Source: a bacterium (lineage in GTDB: Bacteria > SZUA-182 > DTGQ01 > JBLIRR01). Taken from it: 64,000 nucleotides of DNA. The notes beneath the pieces were generated by a model, which saw nothing but the letters and a program-made list of their open reading frames with translations, did no database searches and was not told where the DNA came from. The stretch is from positions 3,286 to 67,285 of the forward strand of contig JBLIRR010000029.1 of assembly GCA_049472395.1 (NCBI GenBank). The letters run 5' to 3'. Shown here piece after piece: positions 20,539 through 30,049 of the stretch (its first letter is position 1; each line of letters begins with the position of its first letter). Both the position numbers and the translations under genes were made by a program.

Positions 20539-21000
20539 AAGATTTTTCTCGGCAGTAAAAAAGCAAACCGACAGCATCTGGAATATATTGAGAAGGAAGT
20601 TAAGGGACGTGCAGAGGAATTTAAAAAGAGTGATTCAGGAAAGCGGTTAAAAGAATATGAAAAAAGAATAAAGGAAGACACGCCAATTCATATTGAAGGA
20701 GATTCTATGGATGTCGATTCCGATGAAAATGTCAATTATAATGCACCAAAGAACGACTTACAAAATAGTTTCGATGGAATTGGCTGGTTGGAATACAGAG
20801 TAGATGTTTCTTACAAAGGCATTCCAACACATGTAAGAAAACGAGCTAATGACATAAGGAAGGGATATGCCCAAAATAATAAATTAAATGATAAAGAAAG
20901 AGATAAAACAATAGATGAGCATATTAAATTTTTCATAGAATCTTGGGCACCAAATGCGTTTGCAGATACTTATACAGGTGAGGCAACAACTACTGCCTAA
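20539..21000 (+). pseudogene. Orphan C-terminal gene fragment of unknown function
   Basis: The frame of the 20707-21000 ORF stays open back to ~20539 with no convincing start. It abuts the transposase remnant. Confidence 0.35.
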
Positions 21001-21197
21001 TGGGGACAAATAGACTTTTATAATCGTCATTGTTGTCCTGTGTACCATATACAATTTAATCCTTAGTCATCTGGAATGGCAGGGGGTATAATTTGACCAT
21101 GTTCGGGTATTCAAAAAACTCTTCACCATTACATAGCCCATGCACTATACTCAAAGTATTAGCGGAAGAGCATTGAAATTGGAGATGAGCGAATTCT

Positions 21198-22685
21198 CTA
21201 AATCTCACATTTCTCCATTGTTTCCGGCTCAAAACAGACAACCTTAAAACCATTAGGATCACTTATAGGAACGTACACTCGACCACTACTATCTACTTCA
21301 ATTGTATCATTTACAGTATTTGACTCAATGGGTAGCAAGCGATTATTCAAGTTATCAAAAAGAGTGGTGTCATCTGTTTTATCAGAGAGGGATATGGTTT
21401 CTTCAATTGTTCCATCATGAGCAAATATGGCCATAATTCCTGGATCATGAGGTGTTTCGCCGCTATGAAAATAAAATCGCTTCTTATTATCAATATGTAT
21501 AAAACGGGGAACATCTTTCCCCTTAACTAATTGATTTTTTTCGCACTCACATCTATAGGTTTGAACAAGCTCCCCTTTTTTATTATATCTTTCTATTGAT
21601 AATTCTAATTTATTATTCTCCATAGTAACGTTACTGCATAGAAATATTTCATTTTCCTCTTCTCTTACAACGATACCATAAAGAGACTGTTTCCACTGGA
21701 GCTTACCCTTAGGAGAAATCCGTGCTATGCCATTATAGATTCGTGAATAGACCGCACCACTACAATCAATACCGGCCAGGTTTTGTAAACTTTGTATTTC
21801 CGATTCTACAATTTCCCTGGCTCCGGTCTTAAAATTGTATCGAAGTAAGACAATTTTATTGTTGCCCTTATCCTTAATAAAAAGAGCTGAATAGACATTA
21901 TTATCAGGCCCAATAGTCACTCTCTCAGGATATTCCTCCCATTCATAAACCTTAATGGTCTTTCCATTTGACGTATTCAACTGGGCCATCCCTCGGTGGG
22001 GATATTGGGCAGGGAGAAAAAGCGTATTCTTGTCTGACGCACAGATTCGGTTAAACTTTCCTGAAAATTTATTAAAATCAACTTTTTTTACAGAAAATTC
22101 CCCTTTCCGCTCCCATTGTTCTTTTCCCTTTGCATTGAATTTTCGAAGCCGTTGGAGCTGTTTCCCCTTTTTAGTTTGTATAAATTCAAGCACATAGATG
22201 CCACCCTCATTGTCAGGTGAGAAATCATAAATATGCCAGATCTGAATTTTCTTCAGTCCATGTGCCAGATCAAAGCTATTAATAAGGCTCCCTTCATGAT
22301 TAAACTGAAACAATCGATACTTTCGTTCGTCAGGCTCTGCATTTTGAGGGACAGGGAAAAGGATATATACATGCCCCTGATTATCAATACGTACACCATA
22401 ATGGGGACGAATATACCTTTTTGAAGTTGGCGCACTCCCTCCTATTGGATGAGCCAGATGAACAGGAGCTGCAGGAATGGATTCTTTGTCTGAGCCCCAT
22501 GGGACTGTAAGTATTAGTTTACAATAATAATTCATAGGTACCACCTTCTTATTATACATTTTATTTGTTTTAAATACTCCTTTCTCTGTACATGATCCCT
22601 TGTTAATCTTAATATTATTAGAACAAACAAATATAACAAAGAATAGTAAACACAATCCGGAATAAAATAGAATGTGCTTTTGCAT
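21198..22685 (-). CDS. Exported beta-propeller-like protein, candidate immunity/partner of the eCIS effector (start probably 22685)
   Basis: Hydrophobic N-terminus MQKHILFYSGLCLLFFVIFVCS; repeated blades (IDNQGHVYI, PDNEGGIYV, GPDNNVYS, VDSSGRVYV); immediately downstream of the effector. Confidence 0.6.
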   Translation of the reverse strand: MQKHILFYSGLCLLFFVIFVCSNNIKINKGSCTEKGVFKTNKMYNKKVVPMNYYCKLILTVPWGSDKESIPAAPVHLAHPIGGSAPTSKRYIRPHYGVRIDNQGHVYILFPVPQNAEPDERKYRLFQFNHEGSLINSFDLAHGLKKIQIWHIYDFSPDNEGGIYVLEFIQTKKGKQLQRLRKFNAKGKEQWERKGEFSVKKVDFNKFSGKFNRICASDKNTLFLPAQYPHRGMAQLNTSNGKTIKVYEWEEYPERVTIGPDNNVYSALFIKDKGNNKIVLLRYNFKTGAREIVESEIQSLQNLAGIDCSGAVYSRIYNGIARISPKGKLQWKQSLYGIVVREEENEIFLCSNVTMENNKLELSIERYNKKGELVQTYRCECEKNQLVKGKDVPRFIHIDNKKRFYFHSGETPHDPGIMAIFAHDGTIEETISLSDKTDDTTLFDNLNNRLLPIESNTVNDTIEVDSSGRVYVPISDPNGFKVVCFEPETMEKCEI

Positions 22686-22731
22686 CACATTAACCTCATT
22701 GCTACTACTCTCCCTGTTGTAATTGTTATTT

Positions 22732-24510
22732 TTACCATGGAGGGGGGGCATGTTCCACAGTCTTACTTGGATCCGTCATCTCTTCCAAAGTTGCTACCTG
22801 AACAGATCCAATTTCGGTCCCTGTATATGTCCCTCCCGGTCCTGATGGACCTGGAGAGGGTTCAACCCAGAGACTTATCACTTCATGCCTTCCTCCTGCG
22901 GTTTTCTTGCCTGTTGCCAGAACAACATGATCAGTATGATTGATAAAAACGATGTGTCCCATAAGAATATCAGGAGTCCATAAACCAGTTCCTGTATCAT
23001 AGGTAAGAGCAGCTCTTGAACCATAATTTAGTTCATTCATAAGTGTATTATAGTAGGCTTTAGCTTTATCTGATACGATACCTGGAGTTGATGTTGCTGC
23101 GGTTGCGGCAGCGGTATGCATTGCAAGAAGCCGGGCCTTATCAACGACACCGGCCTTATAGGCCATAAACATTACACCTTCCCAGCAATTCATAGTACTT
23201 GAAGATGTGGGGTCTGGTCCGGTACCTCTAAGCCAGCGGGCGAAATCATTTTGATGTCCCCAACTTGTTTTCTCAGAAATCTGATAGCCTGACCTAGGAT
23301 CTGGCCCTGAGCCACCACGCCATTGAAGTTCTCCTTCCATTGCCCTCCCTTTTGCTACTGCGCGGGCTCGTGTAATTCGGTCTATAATGGCCCCATAGGT
23401 AACCCTGTCAACTGGAGTAATGCTACTTAAAAGACTTGATGTCTGTTTCTGATCCATAGTAGATACTGCATTTTCCATTTGAGCGTCTGTAAAATTACTA
23501 AAGAGCCTGATAATGAGTATAGCATTGGCCATTAAATCAGTTAAATGTATATTACTGATGAATCGTGTCACGTTTGTTACTGTTAAACGCGATACCACGT
23601 CAGAAAACTGTGTTGCTGTTAATTTAGTAAGTACACTGAGAACCTGCTTCACATCACGATTCGTTATGATCCAATCAAAAAGTCTGTATGACAAAAGATA
23701 ATTTATATAAGCATATAAGTCTTCACCACTTAGAGCTTGTATAAGTTTTATTATTACTGCTGCATGTGCAATCCTGTCTGCTTCTGATATGTTTTCCAAA
23801 AGGCGCCGGATATCGGTCCGGGTCATATGCAAGACAACATCATTGAATTGAGTATCGGATAATGCTTCAAGCATCCTTAATACCTGTCGGGCCTCCTGGT
23901 CCGTAATGGCCCAGTCAAAAACATCATATGATAATTTATTTTTTATATCATCAACGGTATCACTAGCAAACTTTTGGACTATATGCTTTTGCTGTACAAC
24001 ATGGGTAATTTCATTTGATTTCTGAGTAAGGTTTTCATGTGTTTTATATTCCTTCTTATAAAATGGTGATATCTGAGAAGAGTTATTTTTTGTTTTCGGA
24101 GCTTTTTTATTTTCAGTTGTATTATCAGTTCCATGTATAATCTGATTAGCTACCCTGTCAGCTTCAAGTTCTGCTGGGTCATTAAACTTACTTACTTTAA
24201 GCTTTGTCTGAATGGTCGCTTGACTTTGTTTTTTATTAATAACGTCATCAGCTCCATTCTGTAAAGATTGTAATTCCTGCACACGAGTGCTGTCGTCAGC
24301 CATTCTCTGAAGGGTATTCTGAAGAAAAGGACTATTATTCACAATTTCCTGTAATTCTTTTAATTCATAGAAACGGGGGCTTTCATCTGTCATTTTCTGT
24401 AGATCCTGACTATAGGGAGAAGCGATACTTATGCTCTTAGATTTAAGCTGAAGGGGTATATGAATTAAATTTTTCTGCTTGTTCTGTTGTTTTTCTGCTA
24501 TTGTCAACAT
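22732..24510 (-). CDS. Putative eCIS cargo effector with a C-terminal Cys/His (papain-like) hydrolase domain
   Basis: IQTKLKVS..NDPAELEADRVANQI and THVVQQ are motifs that flank DUF4157; two LSY..FDW.IT repeats; C-terminal MNCWEGV...DHVVL. Confidence 0.7.
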   Translation of the reverse strand: MLTIAEKQQNKQKNLIHIPLQLKSKSISIASPYSQDLQKMTDESPRFYELKELQEIVNNSPFLQNTLQRMADDSTRVQELQSLQNGADDVINKKQSQATIQTKLKVSKFNDPAELEADRVANQIIHGTDNTTENKKAPKTKNNSSQISPFYKKEYKTHENLTQKSNEITHVVQQKHIVQKFASDTVDDIKNKLSYDVFDWAITDQEARQVLRMLEALSDTQFNDVVLHMTRTDIRRLLENISEADRIAHAAVIIKLIQALSGEDLYAYINYLLSYRLFDWIITNRDVKQVLSVLTKLTATQFSDVVSRLTVTNVTRFISNIHLTDLMANAILIIRLFSNFTDAQMENAVSTMDQKQTSSLLSSITPVDRVTYGAIIDRITRARAVAKGRAMEGELQWRGGSGPDPRSGYQISEKTSWGHQNDFARWLRGTGPDPTSSSTMNCWEGVMFMAYKAGVVDKARLLAMHTAAATAATSTPGIVSDKAKAYYNTLMNELNYGSRAALTYDTGTGLWTPDILMGHIVFINHTDHVVLATGKKTAGGRHEVISLWVEPSPGPSGPGGTYTGTEIGSVQVATLEEMTDPSKTVEHAPPPW

Positions 24511-24531
24511 TTGTTTATACCATTAATAATA

Positions 24532-25878
24532 TTATAACGTTCTTCCCAATTTTGTATACTCACGTTTTATTCCATCAATCAAGTCATTGTATGTAATATA
24601 CACCATATTATTTGAAACTGCCATCAGGGTGGCATAACGAACAACATTTACTATGGAACCACCTGCAATATCATATTTTTTTGCTATCTCTTTTAGGTCT
24701 ATTGCATCGTCTAATACTACCCTATCTGTAAATGCTCCCTGCCAGATACGCAGCCTTTCCTCCTCAGTAGGCATGGGAAAAAATACAATGGATTGAAAAC
24801 GCCTGGTAAATGCTTTATCAAGATTGCCCTTTAAATTAGTTGCAAGAATAACCATATTACTGCACATCTCTATACGCTGCAGCAAATATGCTGTTTCCTG
24901 GTTTGCAAATCTATCATTTGAGCTTCCGATTTTTGTTCTTTTTCCAAATAGTGCATCCGCCTCATCAAAGAATAATATCCAATCATGATTTTCCGCACTA
25001 TTAAATATTTTTTCCAGGTTCTTTTCTGTCTCACCAATATATTTTGATACCAGCTGTGAGAGATCAATCCGGTACACCGGCTTTTCAACTTTTTTGCCTA
25101 TCAGGGCTGCAGTGAGGGTTTTCCCTGTTCCTGGTGGTCCATAAAATAGAGCCCTGTATCCGGCCTGGATATTTTTACCCATATTTAATTCTTCTATAAA
25201 TTTTTTGCCATGCTCTGGCCACGCGAGAAGCTCTTTGAGATTAAAGTGTGTTGATTCACACAAAACAAGATCTTCCCACTCCATCAGCGTGGTGAGTTGG
25301 CGCGCAGGAAAATCAACGCTATACTCATAGTGTATATCTTCACCGGTCATAATATAGCTCAATGCACTGTCACTTAAACACAAGAGCTTGTTTGTCGCGG
25401 GATTGCCTTCATCTGATTTTAGTTGTCTAAGAATATTTTCTTTCAATAATTTATTCGTTTTATCAAACAACCGTGCATATTTCATCTGTGAACTTATCTG
25501 ATGTCCTGCTAACAAAAAATAAGCGGTTTTCAATGTGGGCAGAAATCCGTTAAAATTATGTAAATTCATTCCCCCGAACTCGGTAAAGGTTTTATCAAAA
25601 GTTCGATTTCGAATAAGAAATTCATCTAACAGCTCAGGTTTAATCTCCGGCGCCAGGGCTAATAGCACAACCTTCCGTTCATCTTGAGTAAGGTCATGAC
25701 TTTTTACAAAGGTAGAATAAAATGTATTTATATCAGAAATGTCGAAAGGATCCGATTCTTGATACGTTTCTTTACCACCCTCAAGATAATCTTTTATTCT
25801 GTTAATAATAATTGTATGCAGCCATTGCATATCCTTTTCAATTAGTTGTGCATTTTCTTCTATTTTAGTCATCATCAT
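24532..25878 (-). CDS. eCIS AAA+ ATPase (Afp15/Pvc15-like)
   Basis: GPPGTGKT, ILFFDEADALFGKRT, VSKYIGETEKNL, DRFANQETAYLLQRIE. Confidence 0.93.
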   Translation of the reverse strand: MMMTKIEENAQLIEKDMQWLHTIIINRIKDYLEGGKETYQESDPFDISDINTFYSTFVKSHDLTQDERKVVLLALAPEIKPELLDEFLIRNRTFDKTFTEFGGMNLHNFNGFLPTLKTAYFLLAGHQISSQMKYARLFDKTNKLLKENILRQLKSDEGNPATNKLLCLSDSALSYIMTGEDIHYEYSVDFPARQLTTLMEWEDLVLCESTHFNLKELLAWPEHGKKFIEELNMGKNIQAGYRALFYGPPGTGKTLTAALIGKKVEKPVYRIDLSQLVSKYIGETEKNLEKIFNSAENHDWILFFDEADALFGKRTKIGSSNDRFANQETAYLLQRIEMCSNMVILATNLKGNLDKAFTRRFQSIVFFPMPTEEERLRIWQGAFTDRVVLDDAIDLKEIAKKYDIAGGSIVNVVRYATLMAVSNNMVYITYNDLIDGIKREYTKLGRTL

Positions 25879-25911
25879 CTCCTGAATGGTTAGCGTGGTA
25901 TAAGCGTAATC

Positions 25912-27165
25912 TTACACTTGTTCCTTTATAAGATATTCTCCTTTTTCTTTTACAAGATATAGCGTCATCTCTGCATAATACTTTTCATCTTCATAATAAT
26001 ATTTTGTAGCTATCTCATCAGGTTTGGGAAGAGGTCCGATAAGATGGTCTTCGCAGCATGCAGGACACTTATGCTTATATATTTTCTTTCCATTTTCACT
26101 ATCATAGGCCCTACACATAAAATTACCATCTATTTCAATCCCATAGTTCTCGTTGCAGTAATAATATTTATTATTTAATCTACATTTCTTGTCAAAGACA
26201 ATCCGGTATAAATAAATTTCCAGCTCATCATTCGGAGTATCAATTATCTGGTCGGAACTGAATATAACAGGCTCCTGAGCTTTATCGATACAGACTTTTT
26301 CAGGGGTAAAAGAGTAATTATTGTTATTTGTCTTTATTTTTATCCATGTATGATGACATCCGTGCAAGGGTATAATTTTGTATCTCCAATATAATGAGTA
26401 AATCCCAAAATGGAGACGAAATTGTTTAGAATCAATAAATTGAATTTCATTAATTCTTTTTATGATCTGATATTTTTCAGGCACATCAGTATCTACAAAT
26501 AATTCCAGGATTATTAATGGTATACGCCTTATAAACGATGCTTTTGCACAATAATAGGTTATGCTCTCCGTATCATAGTGTATTGTGTATATTCCATCCT
26601 CTTTCCGCGCAAGATCAATATAATATTTTTCTCTCCTCTCATCGATTTCAAGATCATACTCTGCTGCCGGAATTTCATTACCACGACAATCAAGTACTTG
26701 AGGTAGCATAATTTTATCATCTTTTTGCTGAAGATCACCTGAAAATTTTTTGGTATGAATTCTCACTCTTTCACTTTCTTTAATCCCTTTCTTTTCAAGG
26801 AGAAGATAGGTTTTTCTCTCTTCTTCATTGAGATTATTAAAATAATATACATATTCTCCCGGGGGATCATAGGGAAGTTCAGAATAATCAAAGAAATGCT
26901 TATCATTGGTAAAGATAACAAATGACAGTTTTACCCTGTTATCAAACTGATTCTTAAGTTCAAGCAAATCAGGGAGACTCTGTTGTATATAGTCAGTTAC
27001 TATGACAAATCCATCTTTTTTCGGTTTGAAATATAGTCCATAACTATTTAATGTTTTCTGACCATCTTCTGTAGGTTCTGTTTCAAATAGCCCTGCAATA
27101 TTATCCTTAAAATATTTATGTACGAGTGTTAATCTGAATAATTCCTGTAAATATTTTTCTTCCAC
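25912..27165 (-). CDS. eCIS cap-associated protein (Afp16-partner/16B-like) with a Cys-rich insert
   Basis: Follows DUF4255; LF.L.L.H.YF start, YWRY and LPKP motifs as in the gene next to DUF4255 in related loci. Confidence 0.55.
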   Translation of the reverse strand: MEEKYLQELFRLTLVHKYFKDNIAGLFETEPTEDGQKTLNSYGLYFKPKKDGFVIVTDYIQQSLPDLLELKNQFDNRVKLSFVIFTNDKHFFDYSELPYDPPGEYVYYFNNLNEEERKTYLLLEKKGIKESERVRIHTKKFSGDLQQKDDKIMLPQVLDCRGNEIPAAEYDLEIDERREKYYIDLARKEDGIYTIHYDTESITYYCAKASFIRRIPLIILELFVDTDVPEKYQIIKRINEIQFIDSKQFRLHFGIYSLYWRYKIIPLHGCHHTWIKIKTNNNNYSFTPEKVCIDKAQEPVIFSSDQIIDTPNDELEIYLYRIVFDKKCRLNNKYYYCNENYGIEIDGNFMCRAYDSENGKKIYKHKCPACCEDHLIGPLPKPDEIATKYYYEDEKYYAEMTLYLVKEKGEYLIKEQV

Positions 27166-27214
27166 CTATTGCTTCTCCTCTATACTATTAGTGCTTTTTT
27201 ACATTGGCACCGTA

Positions 27215-27808
27215 TCAGTCGTTCACTTCCTTTAAATTAGAATCTGTCCCTATTTCTTGAGTATTCGCCACTTCACTTACTATATCCATTTCAAATACAG
27301 CGAGCATTCTGACCCTATAAATCACTGAAGGCAAATAACGCAATCCTATCATACTCCAGATGTAATGCTGCTGTTCCAAGCCCAATGTGTTTAACTCAAA
27401 CACAAGTTTTGATGTATCTAAATTGTTCATGTCAGGTGTGTTATCATTATCAAACACGGGCTTTGTCTGAAAACATGCAAGAATGTATGAAATATGTTTC
27501 AAACTTTCGCTATAATTGTTAAAATATGCGGTAAACATTAACTGCAAGTTTAAGTTCACAGGTGGACTTACAAAACTGGTATGGCTTTCTGCCTTATCTG
27601 TTGCTACCAAACCTGCGGCCTTTAAAGATTTTTCCTCTTCAATATTTAACAAACTTAATCCCACACTATCTTCCGGGATTGCGACTATTCCATTATCATC
27701 AACAAAGGATGTAAGCACAACCCTGTCGTTTATTGGAGCTTCACCTAATTTTTTCCCTATAAAATCATTAACTTCTTTTCTAATCACTTCTAAGATTTCA
27801 TCAATCAT
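27215..27808 (-). CDS. eCIS tail terminator/cap (Afp16/Pvc16, DUF4255)
   Basis: LSLLNIEEE, PPVNLNL, YSESLK, FQTKPVF, IWSMIG.RYLPSVIYRVRM. Confidence 0.9.
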   Translation of the reverse strand: MIDEILEVIRKEVNDFIGKKLGEAPINDRVVLTSFVDDNGIVAIPEDSVGLSLLNIEEEKSLKAAGLVATDKAESHTSFVSPPVNLNLQLMFTAYFNNYSESLKHISYILACFQTKPVFDNDNTPDMNNLDTSKLVFELNTLGLEQQHYIWSMIGLRYLPSVIYRVRMLAVFEMDIVSEVANTQEIGTDSNLKEVND

Positions 27809-30049
27809 TTATAATCTCCATTCAACAAATAACAGGTCCGTCATCCAGGGAAGTTTTATTGTGCTGATACTCCATGGCATTTTATCAATTAACACATCAT
27901 AAGCTTTTTCTTCTATGCGCATTACCCACCTACCATCTCGTACACTGATTATCCCCTCCCGCACTAAAAACATCTCTCTAAATCCCCGGACAGATACATT
28001 TTTAAGAGCTGGCCAGTTTTGAATAACTGCTTTAAGAAGATTTTCACATTCATTTATTTCTTTTTCACTAAACTCAACAAGTAATGTAAGAGGTGTGTCC
28101 TGATCAATCCCGCACAGTATTTTATTTAGCATTACTTCATATTCACATGCTCCCCGTAAACCACTGGCTAGATAGTGAAGTAAAAGAACTGCCCGCTCTT
28201 TTTTATCCTCATCAACGAATTGTTGATTCTCTACCAGACCAACTGTATTAAAAAAAGGATTAAGATACGGCCACAATAATACTATGCCTGCATTATTTAT
28301 ATATATTTCTTCTGAGTCATCAAAGGTGTGTCCTTGTTCATGTAATGTTTTAAACGCATGTGTGAGGGGAGTATTTTTAATTGCATTGAGTGAGTTTCCT
28401 AATTTTTTTACAAGAGCATTATCTTGGTCTGCTCTTTTCTTTTCAAAAATATCTCTCAGTTCTGAGTATAGTTTCTTACAATATTCTTGAAATGTTTCGC
28501 CACGCCTTTCAAGTTCATCCGTTTTTTCTTTTAACAGCAGATTATTTACCGGATCAAAGACTCGTTTATCGAAAGTGTGCTCAAAGCTTTTACCTCGTTT
28601 TCCCTGTTTTTCAATTGATTCATTATCTGATTCAATATTTACCTCATGGGGCTTTCGATAATAAATAGTTTCATTATCAATCTGTTTTATGAAAACATGA
28701 AGTATATCAAAGATTAATTTTGATATTTCAGTTAATTCCTTTTTTATTATTTCTATGGATTTTGATAATTTTTGTACAACACCTTTATCCTGGTGTGTTA
28801 TTCCTTTCTCTAAACTATTTCTCAGTTCAAGGTATGGTTTCTCTAAGTATAATTTCTCACAATATTCTTGAAATCTTCTAGCACACTTTTCAAGTTCAAC
28901 GGTTTTTTCTTTTAACACTCGATTATTTACTGGATCAGAGCCCCATTTATCGAAAATTTGCTCAAAGCCTTTACCTCGTTTTTTCTGTTTTTTATTTTTT
29001 TTATCTAATTCATTATCTGTTTTATTATCTACCCTCGTATCTACCTCATGGAGCTTTCGATAATAAATAGGTACATTACCCCTCTCTCTCACTACATCAT
29101 AAATTAATTCTTGTAATAGATTTTCAATCTCGACAAGCTGATTTAAATATTCATTTATGTGAGTATTTGTAATTCCCTCTGATAAAGGTTTATCATTTAC
29201 ATCATATCCTTTTGCTTTCATCTCCTTAGCAATATAGATATATAAAGTATTATAGTTTGTATGAAAAGCCTCGGATAGATGCTCTGCTACTGTGTGTAAA
29301 ATATGTTCATGTTGAAAGATCTGTTTTTTAGAAGCAGCACATAGAGCAACAATAGATACCCATAATTCAGATCTTATTTTGGATGTATTTTCTGAATGAA
29401 GCAGATCACTTGTAGTTAATGCAGAAGTAAGATCTTTTAATATCTTACAAATATCCCTATAGCGGATCCCTTGAATAAGTGCTATGATTTTTTCCAGGAC
29501 CGGATCACGGGAGTAATAAACAAGTCGTTTAATCTGATTATTATTGGGTGCGATATCATAAATCATAGCTTTGATCTTTTGCGGTTGCGCTTTTATTTGA
29601 GTCTCTAGTAACATGGGAATATCATAAAACTCCCCCTTTTTAACCCACCAGGGAAGCCTGCCCTTTTTAATGAAAAAATCTAATAGTTCAAAATCCTTAT
29701 TCTCTTTTGTTATTGTATAAGGTAAAGATGCCCTATTTTCATAAACAGGAGAGGTATATACATCCCCACTGCTCAATGCCTGAGATAGTTTTTGGGGAAA
29801 TATCTCAGATATCTTTCTTTTAAAATCTATTTGAAAATTATCCTGATCAATTTCTCCGAGATCAATCTCAAGTTTATCAATCCTGAAAATCGTGGAGGCA
29901 TCGCTCATCTCGTTACAATACCTATCAATAAGCGATAAAATATCGGTTCGAAAGAATGTACTGAGCATATTTTGAAAACTAAAAGAACCTATTTCCGAAT
30001 CCAGTGTAATATCTAATACCTGCTTTTTTATAATATGGTTCTGGCTCAT
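27809..30049 (-). CDS. eCIS tape measure protein (Afp14-like)
   Basis: N-terminal HIIK...IDKLEIDLG and GRLPWW; C-terminal IYINNAGIVLLWPYL, LNKILCG, FLVREG, PWSISTIKLPW. Confidence 0.92.
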   Translation of the reverse strand: MSQNHIIKKQVLDITLDSEIGSFSFQNMLSTFFRTDILSLIDRYCNEMSDASTIFRIDKLEIDLGEIDQDNFQIDFKRKISEIFPQKLSQALSSGDVYTSPVYENRASLPYTITKENKDFELLDFFIKKGRLPWWVKKGEFYDIPMLLETQIKAQPQKIKAMIYDIAPNNNQIKRLVYYSRDPVLEKIIALIQGIRYRDICKILKDLTSALTTSDLLHSENTSKIRSELWVSIVALCAASKKQIFQHEHILHTVAEHLSEAFHTNYNTLYIYIAKEMKAKGYDVNDKPLSEGITNTHINEYLNQLVEIENLLQELIYDVVRERGNVPIYYRKLHEVDTRVDNKTDNELDKKNKKQKKRGKGFEQIFDKWGSDPVNNRVLKEKTVELEKCARRFQEYCEKLYLEKPYLELRNSLEKGITHQDKGVVQKLSKSIEIIKKELTEISKLIFDILHVFIKQIDNETIYYRKPHEVNIESDNESIEKQGKRGKSFEHTFDKRVFDPVNNLLLKEKTDELERRGETFQEYCKKLYSELRDIFEKKRADQDNALVKKLGNSLNAIKNTPLTHAFKTLHEQGHTFDDSEEIYINNAGIVLLWPYLNPFFNTVGLVENQQFVDEDKKERAVLLLHYLASGLRGACEYEVMLNKILCGIDQDTPLTLLVEFSEKEINECENLLKAVIQNWPALKNVSVRGFREMFLVREGIISVRDGRWVMRIEEKAYDVLIDKMPWSISTIKLPWMTDLLFVEWRL

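Noticed and set aside
19709-21262. Short ORFs 19709-19966, 20217-20456, 20472-20681 and 21056-21262
   Set aside because: No motifs or RBS; they lie in a decayed region around the transposase remnant.
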